Notes: a model not told the origin generated them from the letters alone. A DNA stretch of 64,000 nucleotides from Clostridia bacterium (GCA_051866635.1 JBJDXJ010000038.1:1-64000), one strand, 5' to 3'. Shown: positions 17,459 through 27,768, counted from the first letter of the stretch. Numbers and translations are program-made.

Positions 17459-18181
17459 ATGCAAACAGCAATCAAGGTTGAGCAGTTGTCAAAGTCCTAT
17501 GGCAACCTGCTTGCGATAGACAATATAAGTCTATCTGTAAAAAGCGGTACTGTTTATGGACTGCTTGGTGCAAACGGAGCAGGAAAAAGCACTACCATTG
17601 AATGTATTTTAGGGACAAAAACTGCAGATAGGGGCAAGGTAACACTTTTAGGGTGCAATCCAAAGAAGGACAGAAGAATTCTTTTCCAAAAGGTAGGCGT
17701 ACAATTTCAAGAGTGTGACTACCAGGTAGAAATCAAAGTTTCCGAGCTGTGCGAGGAAACAGCCTGCCTTTATAAAAATCCTGCTGATTGGAAAGAGCTT
17801 TGCAGCCGATTTGGAATAGGGGATAAGATTGAAAGCCCGGTAAAAAATCTTTCCGGCGGCGAAAGACAACGGCTGTTTATCGTCCTTGCACTTATCCCAA
17901 ATCCACAGCTTGTATTTCTTGATGAACTGACAACAGGACTTGATGCAAAAGCACGTCGAGGTGTGTGGAAAATCTTATCCGATTTAAAAAGCAAGGGCTT
18001 GACTATTTTTCTTTCTTCACATTTTATGGACGAGGTGGAAGCCCTTTGCGATGAGATAAGTATTCTCAAACAGGGTAAGGTCGTATTTTGCGGAACGGTT
18101 GAACAGGCAAAAGAGGTAAGCGGTTGCAATAAATTTGAAGATGCTTATCTTGTTCTTTCAGGTGAGGAGGCAGAAGAATGA
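17459..18181 (+). CDS. ABC transporter ATP-binding protein
   Basis: GANGAGKST, LSGGERQR, LDELTTGLD, SSH. Confidence 0.9.
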   Translation: MQTAIKVEQLSKSYGNLLAIDNISLSVKSGTVYGLLGANGAGKSTTIECILGTKTADRGKVTLLGCNPKKDRRILFQKVGVQFQECDYQVEIKVSELCEETACLYKNPADWKELCSRFGIGDKIESPVKNLSGGERQRLFIVLALIPNPQLVFLDELTTGLDAKARRGVWKILSDLKSKGLTIFLSSHFMDEVEALCDEISILKQGKVVFCGTVEQAKEVSGCNKFEDAYLVLSGEEAEE

Positions 18182-18921
18182 AATCGTTTGTAACACTTTT
18201 TAAAAATGAATTGAAGCTAAATATCCGAAATATGAACATGGTCATATTTGCAATCATTATGCCTTTGGTGGTTTTATTCATTCTCGGTTTTATCTACGGA
18301 ACAAAACCTGCCTCAGACACTGCATCTTACACCTTTATGGAGCAGTCAATCGGTGCACTTTGCACCATAAGCATATGTGCCGGCGGATTGATGGGACTGC
18401 CCCTTGTCATATCAGAGTACAGAGAGCGAAAAATATTAAAGCGTTTTAAAGTTACGCCCGTCAGCCCCTTAAAACTGCTCGTTGTTGAATTTGCCATTTA
18501 TGTTGTGTACTGTATTATGTCTATAATTACAATCATTCCCACAGCAATGCTTATCTGGAATGTGAGAATGCACGGCTCCATCTTAGCCTTTTTGGGAAGC
18601 TTAATGTTGACAATGGTATCTACATTAAGTATCGGAATGATGGTAGGCGGTGTTGCCAAAAATTCAAAGAGTGCAAGCGTTATCGCCTGCATTTTGTATT
18701 TCCCCATGCTGATTTTTTCAGGTGCAACGCTTCCCTTCGAGGTGATGCCCCAAGCTATGCAGAAAATTGTGAGCCTCTTTCCCTTGCCCTGGGGGATAAA
18801 GCTGATGAAGTCAACTTTTCTCGGCTTGCCCGTTGAAAATGCATGGCTTCCCGTGGCGGTAATGGTAGTAACTTGGGTTATTTGCACATCTGTTGCAGTT
18901 AAATTCTTTAAATGGGAATAA
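18178..18921 (+). CDS. ABC-2 type exporter permease
   Basis: Six TM helices, YRERKILKR, FSGA..P...MP; ATGA overlap with the ATPase gene. Confidence 0.85.
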   Translation: MKSFVTLFKNELKLNIRNMNMVIFAIIMPLVVLFILGFIYGTKPASDTASYTFMEQSIGALCTISICAGGLMGLPLVISEYRERKILKRFKVTPVSPLKLLVVEFAIYVVYCIMSIITIIPTAMLIWNVRMHGSILAFLGSLMLTMVSTLSIGMMVGGVAKNSKSASVIACILYFPMLIFSGATLPFEVMPQAMQKIVSLFPLPWGIKLMKSTFLGLPVENAWLPVAVMVVTWVICTSVAVKFFKWE

Positions 18922-18961
18922 GTAAACACGGGGCAGATTATTGCCTCCTGTGGGCAAAATT

Positions 18962-18985
18962 AAAAGGCGGTCACAGCCGCCTTTT
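18962..18985. terminator. Bidirectional terminator
   Basis: AAAAGGCGG-TCACAG-CCGCCTTTT. Confidence 0.7.
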
Positions 18986-19025
18986 AATTTTTAGTTCTTA
19001 ATGCCGATTTAATCAAATCAAGCAT

Positions 19026-19061
19026 TATCAATCTTAATTTCTTTATACACGTCCTGTTTTC
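19026..19061 (-). repeat. Orphan duplicate of the rsmI 3' end (att-like direct repeat)
   Basis: 35/36 identical to 22198-22233. Confidence 0.85.
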
Positions 19062-19071
19062 GTGCTCCACA

Positions 19072-19884
19072 TCAGGCTGTTCGGTATTCTCTCGGTGAGA
19101 TGCCAACTCTTTCACGGAATACTTTTGAAAAATAGCTAAATGAATTAAATCCGCAGATTGTTGCAATTTCACCCACGGACAAATCCGTATTTTTTAACAG
19201 TTCACAGCCTTTGTCAATTCGTATCTGGATGAGATATTCAAATGGTGTCATATGCATAACACGGGAAAACCGTCTGCACAAAAACCCTTTGCTTACATTT
19301 AGAAATGCCGCCATCTCCTCAAGTGTAATGTCCCTATTGTAATTGTCCTTTATATAATTCATAATCATTTTCATATCATCAACACTCTTGTTTTTCAGCA
19401 TATCGGAGTTTTTATCGGCACTTCTCAGGCATATATCCCATATTTCAAAAAGAAGGGATTTTATCATAAGTTCATTATCAGCTTCATGCACTCTTTTTAA
19501 AAGGGCAACGGTTTTCTCATCAAGCCTCCTTTGAATATGTATCCTTCTTTTTATAACAGGCTCAACAAACTTCTGCATTATTATATCCATCGCAAAATTT
19601 CCAAAAATTTCAGGCGCAAATACAATAGCAAAAAACCGTGCATCTTCTTCATTGGTTTTTATTCCTATGTGCAATTCCTCTGAATTGATAAAAAGTCCTT
19701 CGCCCTTTTTTATTTCAAACTTTTCATCTTCAATGTATACCGTTCCGCAGCCTTCCTCCATCACAAAAAACTCAAATTCTCTGTGAATATGAGGATATAG
19801 CGAAAATCCTTTTTTACAGACAGTGTCATGAATACCTAAAGGGAAAGTCGCTGTCCCATGACGCATATTTTCATATTTTTTCAT
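19072..19884 (-). CDS. AraC-family transcriptional regulator with cupin domain
   Basis: HIHREFEF, INSEELH; RIDKGCELL..TDLSVGEIA..CGFNSFSYFSKVF...GISPREYR. Confidence 0.9.
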   Translation of the reverse strand: MKKYENMRHGTATFPLGIHDTVCKKGFSLYPHIHREFEFFVMEEGCGTVYIEDEKFEIKKGEGLFINSEELHIGIKTNEEDARFFAIVFAPEIFGNFAMDIIMQKFVEPVIKRRIHIQRRLDEKTVALLKRVHEADNELMIKSLLFEIWDICLRSADKNSDMLKNKSVDDMKMIMNYIKDNYNRDITLEEMAAFLNVSKGFLCRRFSRVMHMTPFEYLIQIRIDKGCELLKNTDLSVGEIATICGFNSFSYFSKVFRERVGISPREYRTA

Positions 19885-19898
19885 TTATTCCTCCGCCG

Positions 19899-19934
19899 GT
19901 CAATATATTTATAATTCTAGTCAATATAGTTATA
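19899..19934. promoter_or_regulatory. Putative AraC direct-repeat operator
   Basis: GTCAATATATTTATA and GTCAATATAGTTATA at 21-bp spacing in the divergent araC/GH31 gap. Confidence 0.55.
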
Positions 19935-20004
19935 GATTATGCATTTACTATACGATAAAATTATAATAAGTCAAACATTTTCAAATGTCAAGGAGGAAAA
20001 GAAA

Positions 20005-21975
20005 ATGAGCGTTTTAAAACACGACGAAAAAAGTATAACCTTTCAGATGCGTGACGAGCTTGTTTTAATTGAGCCGTACGGCACAAATTGTATCCGTGTC
20101 CGTGCCACAAAAAATAATATTATAAGTGACGAAAGCTGGACGCTTCTTCCCCCAAAAGAGGATAATGCAACCGTCACAAAAATTAATGACGATTTAATTT
20201 CTCTTGAAAACGGAATTATGAAAGCTGAAGTCAGGAAAGTATGGGGTGGCTATCGCATACACTTTTACAAAAACGGCAAGCATATCCTATCCACTCGCGA
20301 AGAGGGCGATGCAGTAAGGAAGTATGCCCACGTTGAAGGCGATAATTATCGGATAAAAGCTCTCTTTGAGTCAAACCGTGGTGAATATATCTATGGGCTT
20401 GGGCAGGAGCAGACTCCTTATTTTGACAAGAAAGGCAGTTCCAGTGACCTTATCCACTACAACACAAAGAGTGCAATGCCTGTTATCTATTCATCATTAG
20501 GCTACGGATTTTTCTGGAACAATCCTTCCCCGGGTAGATGCGAGTTTACAAATAACCACACCCTTTGGCAAGCGGATAGTGCCTATCAAATGGACTATTT
20601 GATATTTGCAGGTGAAACACCTGCCGATACAATGAAAATTTACTGTGATTTAACAGGTTATTCTCCCAAAATGCCCTCCTGGGCGGCTGGCTTCTGGCAG
20701 TGTAAGCTCCGTTATGAAAGTCAGGATGACTTAATGGAGGTTGCAAGAAAGTATCATGAATTAAACATCCCCGTTGATGCAATTGTTATTGACTACTTCC
20801 ATTGGACAGAGCAGGGTGACTGGGATTTTGAGCCCCAGCTTTGGCCCGACCCTAAGGCTATGTGCGATGAGCTTTATTCTATGAACATCCGCCCGGTTGT
20901 TTCCATATGGCCTACAATCAATCCAAACAGCCGAAACTTCCGTGCAATGAATGACGAAAATATGCTGGTGAGAACAGAAAACGGTCAGCGTGGCACCTTT
21001 GAATTTTACGGTTTGCAGGATTTTATAGACCCCACTAACCCAAAAACACGGGAATTTGTATGGGAGCAGATTAAAAAGAGCTACTATTCCTATGGCATTA
21101 AAACCTTCTGGCTAGATGAGTCTGAACCCGAGGTGCACCCCCAGCAGTTCAATAACTTGAAATTTCACATTGGTAACGGTGCACAGACGGCTCTCACTTA
21201 CCCATACTATTATCAAAAGCTTTTCTACGAAGCTCTCGAAAAAGAAGGGGAAACTGAAATTGCAACACTTACCCGTGCAAGTTATCCGGGCAGTCAGAAG
21301 TTTGGTGCAATCGTGTGGAACGGCGATATCCCTTCCACCTTCCAAGCTCTTTTTGAAAGTATGGTTTCGGGTCTTTCAATGTCAATGTGTGGCATAGTAT
21401 GGTGGAACAGCGACATTGGTGGTTTTCACCAGGGTGACATTGAAAGTGACTATTTCCGTGAGCTTATAGTCCGCTGGTTCCAGTTTGGTCTTTTCTGCCC
21501 TGTTATGAGGCTCCACGGTGCAAGAAAGAAGCCCAAAGGCTACGTTCCACGCCACCCCGGCGTTAAGGAGGAAAGCGGCGGTGACAATGAAATCTGGTCC
21601 TTCGGCGAGAAAAACTTTCCCATATTACGTGACCTTATCCTTCTTCGCAACCGCTTAAAGCCTTACATTCTTCATCATATGGACATTGCATCAGAACACG
21701 GCACCCCCATGATGCGCCCCTTGTTCTTTGATTATTATGAGGATGAAAAATGTTATAGTATAGATGACGAATATCTTTTCGGTGACGATATTATTTTTGC
21801 TCCTATCTATACACAAGGTGCACGAGAGAGAGAGGTGTATCTCCCCAAAGGCACTTGGATAAGAACAACAGACAAAAAAGAGTATGAAGGCTCTCGAACT
21901 TACACCTGTCATGCTGAACTTAATGAATTTATCGCCTTTTGTAAAAAAGGTGCAGATGTGTTAGATGTGTTTTAA
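20005..21975 (+). CDS. GH31 glycoside hydrolase (alpha-xylosidase-like)
   Basis: GFWQCKLRY, IVIDYFHW, FWLDESEP (nucleophile), WNGDI (acid/base), WNSDIGGF, MRLHG; SD AAGGAGG. Confidence 0.88.
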   Translation: MSVLKHDEKSITFQMRDELVLIEPYGTNCIRVRATKNNIISDESWTLLPPKEDNATVTKINDDLISLENGIMKAEVRKVWGGYRIHFYKNGKHILSTREEGDAVRKYAHVEGDNYRIKALFESNRGEYIYGLGQEQTPYFDKKGSSSDLIHYNTKSAMPVIYSSLGYGFFWNNPSPGRCEFTNNHTLWQADSAYQMDYLIFAGETPADTMKIYCDLTGYSPKMPSWAAGFWQCKLRYESQDDLMEVARKYHELNIPVDAIVIDYFHWTEQGDWDFEPQLWPDPKAMCDELYSMNIRPVVSIWPTINPNSRNFRAMNDENMLVRTENGQRGTFEFYGLQDFIDPTNPKTREFVWEQIKKSYYSYGIKTFWLDESEPEVHPQQFNNLKFHIGNGAQTALTYPYYYQKLFYEALEKEGETEIATLTRASYPGSQKFGAIVWNGDIPSTFQALFESMVSGLSMSMCGIVWWNSDIGGFHQGDIESDYFRELIVRWFQFGLFCPVMRLHGARKKPKGYVPRHPGVKEESGGDNEIWSFGEKNFPILRDLILLRNRLKPYILHHMDIASEHGTPMMRPLFFDYYEDEKCYSIDDEYLFGDDIIFAPIYTQGAREREVYLPKGTWIRTTDKKEYEGSRTYTCHAELNEFIAFCKKGADVLDVF

Positions 21976-21987
21976 ATGAAAAAGTTT

Positions 21988-22061
21988 GAACAGTTTGACG
22001 TGGCAATAAATGTTTATTTTTAAGGTTTTTACCCGGAAAGTGCCATGTCACCAAACTGTTC
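21988..22061. terminator. Long imperfect hairpin downstream of GH31
   Basis: GAACAGTTTG-ACGTGGCA pairs with TGCCATGT-(CAC)-CAAACTGTTC. Confidence 0.45.
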
Positions 22062-22182
22062 TATTTGCACTTTTTCTTCTCAAAGGTGAATATGTCCGGC
22101 AAAGCTCTGACAAGTCCATATTGTCAATTATTTCATCAAGAAAACGGACGCTATCGTCTTTTGAAATTACACGCTCGCACAT
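22048..22182 (-). pseudogene. IS1182-like transposase N-terminal fragment (44 aa)
   Basis: MCERVISKDDSVRFLDEIIDNMDLSELCRTYSPLRRK resembles the IPxDDSVRLLxxxxExxDLSxLYxxYSxxGRK start of IS1182-family transposases (from recall). Confidence 0.55.
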
Positions 22183-22192
22183 TATTCTGAAA

Positions 22193-23038
22193 TTAAATAT
22201 CAATCTTAATTTCTTTATACACGTCCTGCTTTCTGAGTCCGCGCTCCTTTGCCGTGAGCTTAATCGCTTCCTTTTCGTCCAGTCCGTTATTTATGTGGTG
22301 TTCAAAATGCTCCCTTACACTCATGCTCTGCCAGCTCTCTCTTGCTTCCTCTAAAAGCTCTTCTTCCTTTTTGCCCTCAACTATCAGCACAAATTCCCCT
22401 TTTGGAAGGGTGTTGTCATAATAATTTACAGCTTCGGATAAAGTAATGCGTATATACTCCTCGTGAACCTTTGTCAGCTCATGGCAAAGGGTAATTTTCC
22501 TGTCGCCCCAGTATTTGTACATATCGGAAAGGGTGGGGAGTAATTTATGTGGTGCTTCGTAAAAAATCATTGTTCTTGTTTCGTTTTTGAGCCGTTCAAA
22601 AAGCTCTGCTCTGTTCTTTTTATTGGTGGAAATAAAGCCCTCAAACACAAACTTAACGGTGGAAAGACCACTGCCTACAAGGGCGTTGATTGCCGCAACG
22701 GGACCCGGGACAGACACAACCTGTATCCCTGCCTTTATACAAAGGGCAACAAGGTCCTCACCAGGGTCACAAATACCGGGGGTGCCTGCATCGGAAACAA
22801 GGGCTATATTTAACCCGTCTAAAAGTTTGTTCACAAGGTAAGGACCTTTTTCCGCCTTGTTATGCTCGTAGTAGCTTGTAAGTGGCTTTTCAATTCTAAG
22901 ATGGTTCAAAAGCCCCAAGGTACGCCGTGTATCTTCTGCGGCTATAAGGTCAACCTCACTTAATATGCGTACACAGCGGTATGTTATATCTTCCAAATTA
23001 CCTATGGGCGTTGCACAAAGGTATAATGTTCCTGCCAT
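22193..23038 (-). CDS. rsmI: 16S rRNA C1402 2'-O-methyltransferase
   Basis: LYLCATPIGNLEDITYR, IAAEDTR, ALVSDAGTPGICDPG, FYEAPH, ELTK.HEE. Confidence 0.95.
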   Translation of the reverse strand: MAGTLYLCATPIGNLEDITYRCVRILSEVDLIAAEDTRRTLGLLNHLRIEKPLTSYYEHNKAEKGPYLVNKLLDGLNIALVSDAGTPGICDPGEDLVALCIKAGIQVVSVPGPVAAINALVGSGLSTVKFVFEGFISTNKKNRAELFERLKNETRTMIFYEAPHKLLPTLSDMYKYWGDRKITLCHELTKVHEEYIRITLSEAVNYYDNTLPKGEFVLIVEGKKEEELLEEARESWQSMSVREHFEHHINNGLDEKEAIKLTAKERGLRKQDVYKEIKIDI

Positions 23039-23061
23039 AAAATCAGTCCTTTCAAGGGTAG

Positions 23062-23799
23062 TTAGCACATTAAACCGTCTGTAATCTGTTGTATGTAGTT
23101 GCCGTCATCGTCGTACATATACACAGGCGGAGTTATTTTAAGCTGAGCCTTGCCGTAAAGTGAACCTTCTATAAGTATCAGCTTTGGTGCAGATGAAGAA
23201 TTGGGATGGACCATTGAAAGCCTTTTCGGTTCAATCTTATATTTTCTGAAAAGCGTAATAACATCGCATAATCTGTCTGCTCTATGCACCATAAAAAGCT
23301 TACCCTGCGGCTTTAAAACCACAGATGCCACTCGTATAACGTCCTCAAGGGTGCAATGTATTTCATGCCTTGCAACGGCTAAATAATCGTTGGGATTAAC
23401 AAGTCCGCCGCCTTGGTTCATATAAGGGGGATTACATGTAACCGCATCGAAGACCCTTTTGCCGTAAACCTTTTCGCAGTCCTTAAGGTCCAGATTTTTA
23501 ACAATAATTTTGTCACCGAGATTGTTAAGTAACATGGTCCTTTGTGCCATAGATGAAACATCAGGCATAATTTCAACAGCATCGATCATATCCAAATCGT
23601 TAAGTGCCCATATAAGAACAGGTATTATCCCCGTGCCTGTACACATATCAAGGACCCTTTGCCCCTTTTTGAAAGATGCAAATTTAGAAAGAAGCACCGC
23701 ATCGGAGCCAAAGCAAAAGCCTTGCTTAGTCTGGATAATTTTATAACCGCCCAGTCCCAAATCTTCAATTTTTTCGCCCGGTAAAATAATATTTTCCAT
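23062..23799 (-). CDS. tRNA1(Val) A37 N6-methyltransferase (TrmN6/YabB/YfiC)
   Basis: FCFGSDAVLLSKF, LDMCTGTGIIP, CNPPY, ARHEI; sits upstream of rsmI as yabB does. Confidence 0.9.
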   Translation of the reverse strand: MENIILPGEKIEDLGLGGYKIIQTKQGFCFGSDAVLLSKFASFKKGQRVLDMCTGTGIIPVLIWALNDLDMIDAVEIMPDVSSMAQRTMLLNNLGDKIIVKNLDLKDCEKVYGKRVFDAVTCNPPYMNQGGGLVNPNDYLAVARHEIHCTLEDVIRVASVVLKPQGKLFMVHRADRLCDVITLFRKYKIEPKRLSMVHPNSSSAPKLILIEGSLYGKAQLKITPPVYMYDDDGNYIQQITDGLMC

Positions 23800-23812
23800 A
23801 TCAAACCTCAAT

Positions 23813-24034
23813 TCAGACTGTCGATAAACTAAACTTTTAAGGGGTAGCAAGGGGTTTGGGGAGTAAGCTCCCCAAATAAAATAGGAGATGGAAATCGCAT
23901 TTTCGGCTCCGAAAGTGGCGATTTTAGGGGGCTGAACGCCCCTTGCACGAGAAATCGCCACTTTGTTCATAAGAAAATATCAGACCGCGAAGATTGCCTG
24001 CGGCAAGATTTGCGGTCAAGTGTCGTTAGACACG
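23813..24034. other. Structured intergenic element (MITE-like or ncRNA)
   Basis: At least five hairpins, including alternative pairings; begins TCAGACTGTCGATAAAC. Confidence 0.5.
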
Positions 24035-24038
24035 CCTA

Positions 24039-24074
24039 ATTAAAAAGGTCAAGGAAAACCTTGACCTTTTTAAT
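24039..24074. terminator. Terminator of the ferredoxin gene (symmetric)
   Basis: ATTAAAAAGGTCAAGG-AAAA-CCTTGACCTTTTTAAT. Confidence 0.85.
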
Positions 24075-24085
24075 GCAAATTCAGA

Positions 24086-24256
24086 TTATTCCTCAACGGG
24101 AGCGCCAACAGGACAAGTACCTGCACAGCTTCCGCAGCTAACGCATTCGTCAGCATTGATTTCGTACTTTGTGTCGCCTTCGGAAATACAACCAACAGGA
24201 CAAGCGGAAGCACAAGCGCCGCAGCTGATGCAATCATCAGAGATTACGTATGCCAT
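24086..24256 (-). CDS. fdx: 2[4Fe-4S] clostridial-type ferredoxin (56 aa; below the ORF-track cutoff)
   Basis: Hand translation MAYVISDDCISCGACASACPVGCISEGDTKYEINADECVSCGSCAGTCPVGAPVEE; two CxxCxxCxxxCP motifs; SD GAGGTG. Confidence 0.95.
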   Translation of the reverse strand: MAYVISDDCISCGACASACPVGCISEGDTKYEINADECVSCGSCAGTCPVGAPVEE

Positions 24257-24413
24257 AGTAGCACCTCTTTCTTTATTTTATACTCTAATTGTACCATAAT
24301 TCTTTGAAATATCAATACCTTTTTAAAAAATATCATTGTTTTTTTTACGTAAAAATTATATAATAACCTAAAAGTGGGAATAATATACTGTTTTAAGAAA
24401 GGCTGAATTAAAG

Positions 24414-25373
24414 ATGAGCTTTAAATTCGGTGATATTGAATTAAAAAATAATATATTTTTAGCCCCCATGGCAGGTGTGACAGATTTGGCATTCAGAAAA
24501 ATCTGCCACGAACACGGTTGCAGTTTATCTTACACGGAAATGGTCAGTGCAAAGGCTTTAAGTTTTGACAGTAAAAAAACCGAAAGCATGATGGAAACGG
24601 AAAACTTTCCCTCCGCAGTGCAAATTTTCGGTCATGACCCCGATGTACTCGGGTCAATTGCCCAAAAAGCAGGACAGGCAGGATTGTTTTTAGACATCAA
24701 CATGGGCTGTCCAGCACCGAAAATTGTAAACAACTCGGACGGCAGTGCATTGATGAAAAACCTTACCTTGGCAAGGGAGGTTGTAAGAAGTGTTGTGAAA
24801 AATTCTCCTAAGCCTGTAAGCGTTAAAATGCGTCTTGGATGGGACGAGGGTAGCAAAAACGTTATTGACCTTGCCCGCATTTGTGAAGAGGAGGGTGCCT
24901 TTGCCATAACCGTCCACGGCAGAACACGTGAACAGTTTTACTCAGGTAATGCCGATTGGGAATGGATAGGTCGTGTTAAGGAATCTGTTTCAATTCCCGT
25001 TGTTGGTAACGGCGATATTTTCAAGCCGCAAGATGCCCTTCGCATGATAGAAGAAACAAAGGTTGACGCTGTTATGATAGGTCGTGGTGCCCAGGGCAAC
25101 CCTTGGATATTTGAACAGATTGCCCTTCTTTCAGAGGGGAAAGAGGTAACATATCCCACAAAAGAGGAACGCATAAAAGAAGCTGTCAGACATATTGAGC
25201 TTTTATGTGAAATAAAAGGGGAGTATGTCGGCATACGTGAAGGCAGAAAGCATGCGGCGTGGTATATGAAGGGCATCGAAGGTGCAGCACAGGTACGGGA
25301 ACGGGTTAATCGCACAGAAAGCCTTGATGAAATGAAAAATGTTTTGTTTTCTTTGTCAAATGCGGTTGACTGA
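24414..25373 (+). CDS. dusB: tRNA-dihydrouridine synthase DusB
   Basis: LAPMAGVTD, DINMGCPAPKI, VHGRTREQFYSG, GNGDI, MIGRGAQGNPW. Confidence 0.92.
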   Translation: MSFKFGDIELKNNIFLAPMAGVTDLAFRKICHEHGCSLSYTEMVSAKALSFDSKKTESMMETENFPSAVQIFGHDPDVLGSIAQKAGQAGLFLDINMGCPAPKIVNNSDGSALMKNLTLAREVVRSVVKNSPKPVSVKMRLGWDEGSKNVIDLARICEEEGAFAITVHGRTREQFYSGNADWEWIGRVKESVSIPVVGNGDIFKPQDALRMIEETKVDAVMIGRGAQGNPWIFEQIALLSEGKEVTYPTKEERIKEAVRHIELLCEIKGEYVGIREGRKHAAWYMKGIEGAAQVRERVNRTESLDEMKNVLFSLSNAVD

Positions 25374-25394
25374 ACAGACAAAAATTGATATAAT
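25366..25394 (+). promoter_or_regulatory. SigmaA promoter of guaB
   Basis: TTGACT-17 bp-TATAAT with extended TG. Confidence 0.7.
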
Positions 25395-25413
25395 ATATAA
25401 AATATTTTATTAA

Positions 25414-26889
<1,476 letters not shown>

Positions 26890-26922
26890 TATGTTTAAAT
26901 AATTTATGAAAGGTTGATATAT

Positions 26923-27567
26923 ATGGATAAGGAAATGGTAATTACCAAACTTACCGATGCAGGTGTGGTTGCCGTTGTAAGAGCAGAAAACGGCGAAAAG
27001 GCTAAGAAGATTGCTGATGCATGTATGGAAGGCGGCGTTCCCGCAATTGAACTTACATTCACAGTTCCCATGGCACATCACGTTATCGAAGATTTGGCGA
27101 AGGAATATTCCGATGGTAGCATGATTCTCGGTGCAGGCACTGTACTTGACAGCGAAACTGCAAGAATTGCAATTTTAAGCGGTGCACAGTATATTGTAAG
27201 TCCCTGTTTTGATTTGGAAACAGTTAAACTTTGTAACCGTTACCGTATTCCCTGCATGCCCGGTGCAATGACAATTAAAGAAGTTATCACTGCAATGGAA
27301 GCAGGTGCTGATATTGTAAAGGTATTCCCCGGTGAAGCTTTCGGTCCCAAGATTTTGAAGGCTATTAAGGGTCCCCTTCCTCAGGCTAAGATGATGCCTA
27401 CAGGCGGTGTTGACGTTACAAACGTTGGCGAATGGATTAAGGCAGGTGCTTGTGCGGTAGGTGCAGGCAGCTCTCTTACAGGCGGTGCTAAAACAGGCGA
27501 TTACAAGGCGATTACCGAAACGGCAAAGGCTTTTGTTCAGGCTGTAAAAGAAGCAAGAGGCTTATAA
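26923..27567 (+). CDS. eda: KDPG/KHG aldolase
   Basis: IELTFT, GAGTVLD, AQYIVSP, VKVFP, MPTGGV. Confidence 0.92.
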   Translation: MDKEMVITKLTDAGVVAVVRAENGEKAKKIADACMEGGVPAIELTFTVPMAHHVIEDLAKEYSDGSMILGAGTVLDSETARIAILSGAQYIVSPCFDLETVKLCNRYRIPCMPGAMTIKEVITAMEAGADIVKVFPGEAFGPKILKAIKGPLPQAKMMPTGGVDVTNVGEWIKAGACAVGAGSSLTGGAKTGDYKAITETAKAFVQAVKEARGL

Positions 27568-27580
27568 TTGAAACAAAAAA

Positions 27581-27745
27581 GGGACTGTAAAAAAAGTCCA
27601 CACTGAGATAACAAAAAGACCATTTCGGGACTGTCCCAACAAAACCTTTAGAGGTTTCTTTGGCAAATTGTCTCCCAATTTGCCATAAGGGGGACTGTCC
27701 CAAATGGTCTTAACTTATTTATTTAGAGACTTTTTTTACAACCTC
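27581..27745. mobile_element. MITE-like element, copy 1 (~165 bp)
   Basis: Terminal IRs GGGACTGTAAAAAAAGTC/GACTTTTTTTACAACCTC, nested internal palindromes; near-identical inverted copy at 42731-42893. Confidence 0.8.
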
Positions 27746-27768
27746 TTTTAAATTTCGGAGGTATTGAT

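Noticed and set aside
22010-22354. 114-aa plus-strand ORF
   Set aside because: Overlaps rsmI antisense and a hairpin; the minus-strand transposase fragment explains the region better
23800-23970. 57-aa N-terminal extension of the tRNA methyltransferase ORF
   Set aside because: Runs through the structured element; SD GAGGT supports the start at 23799
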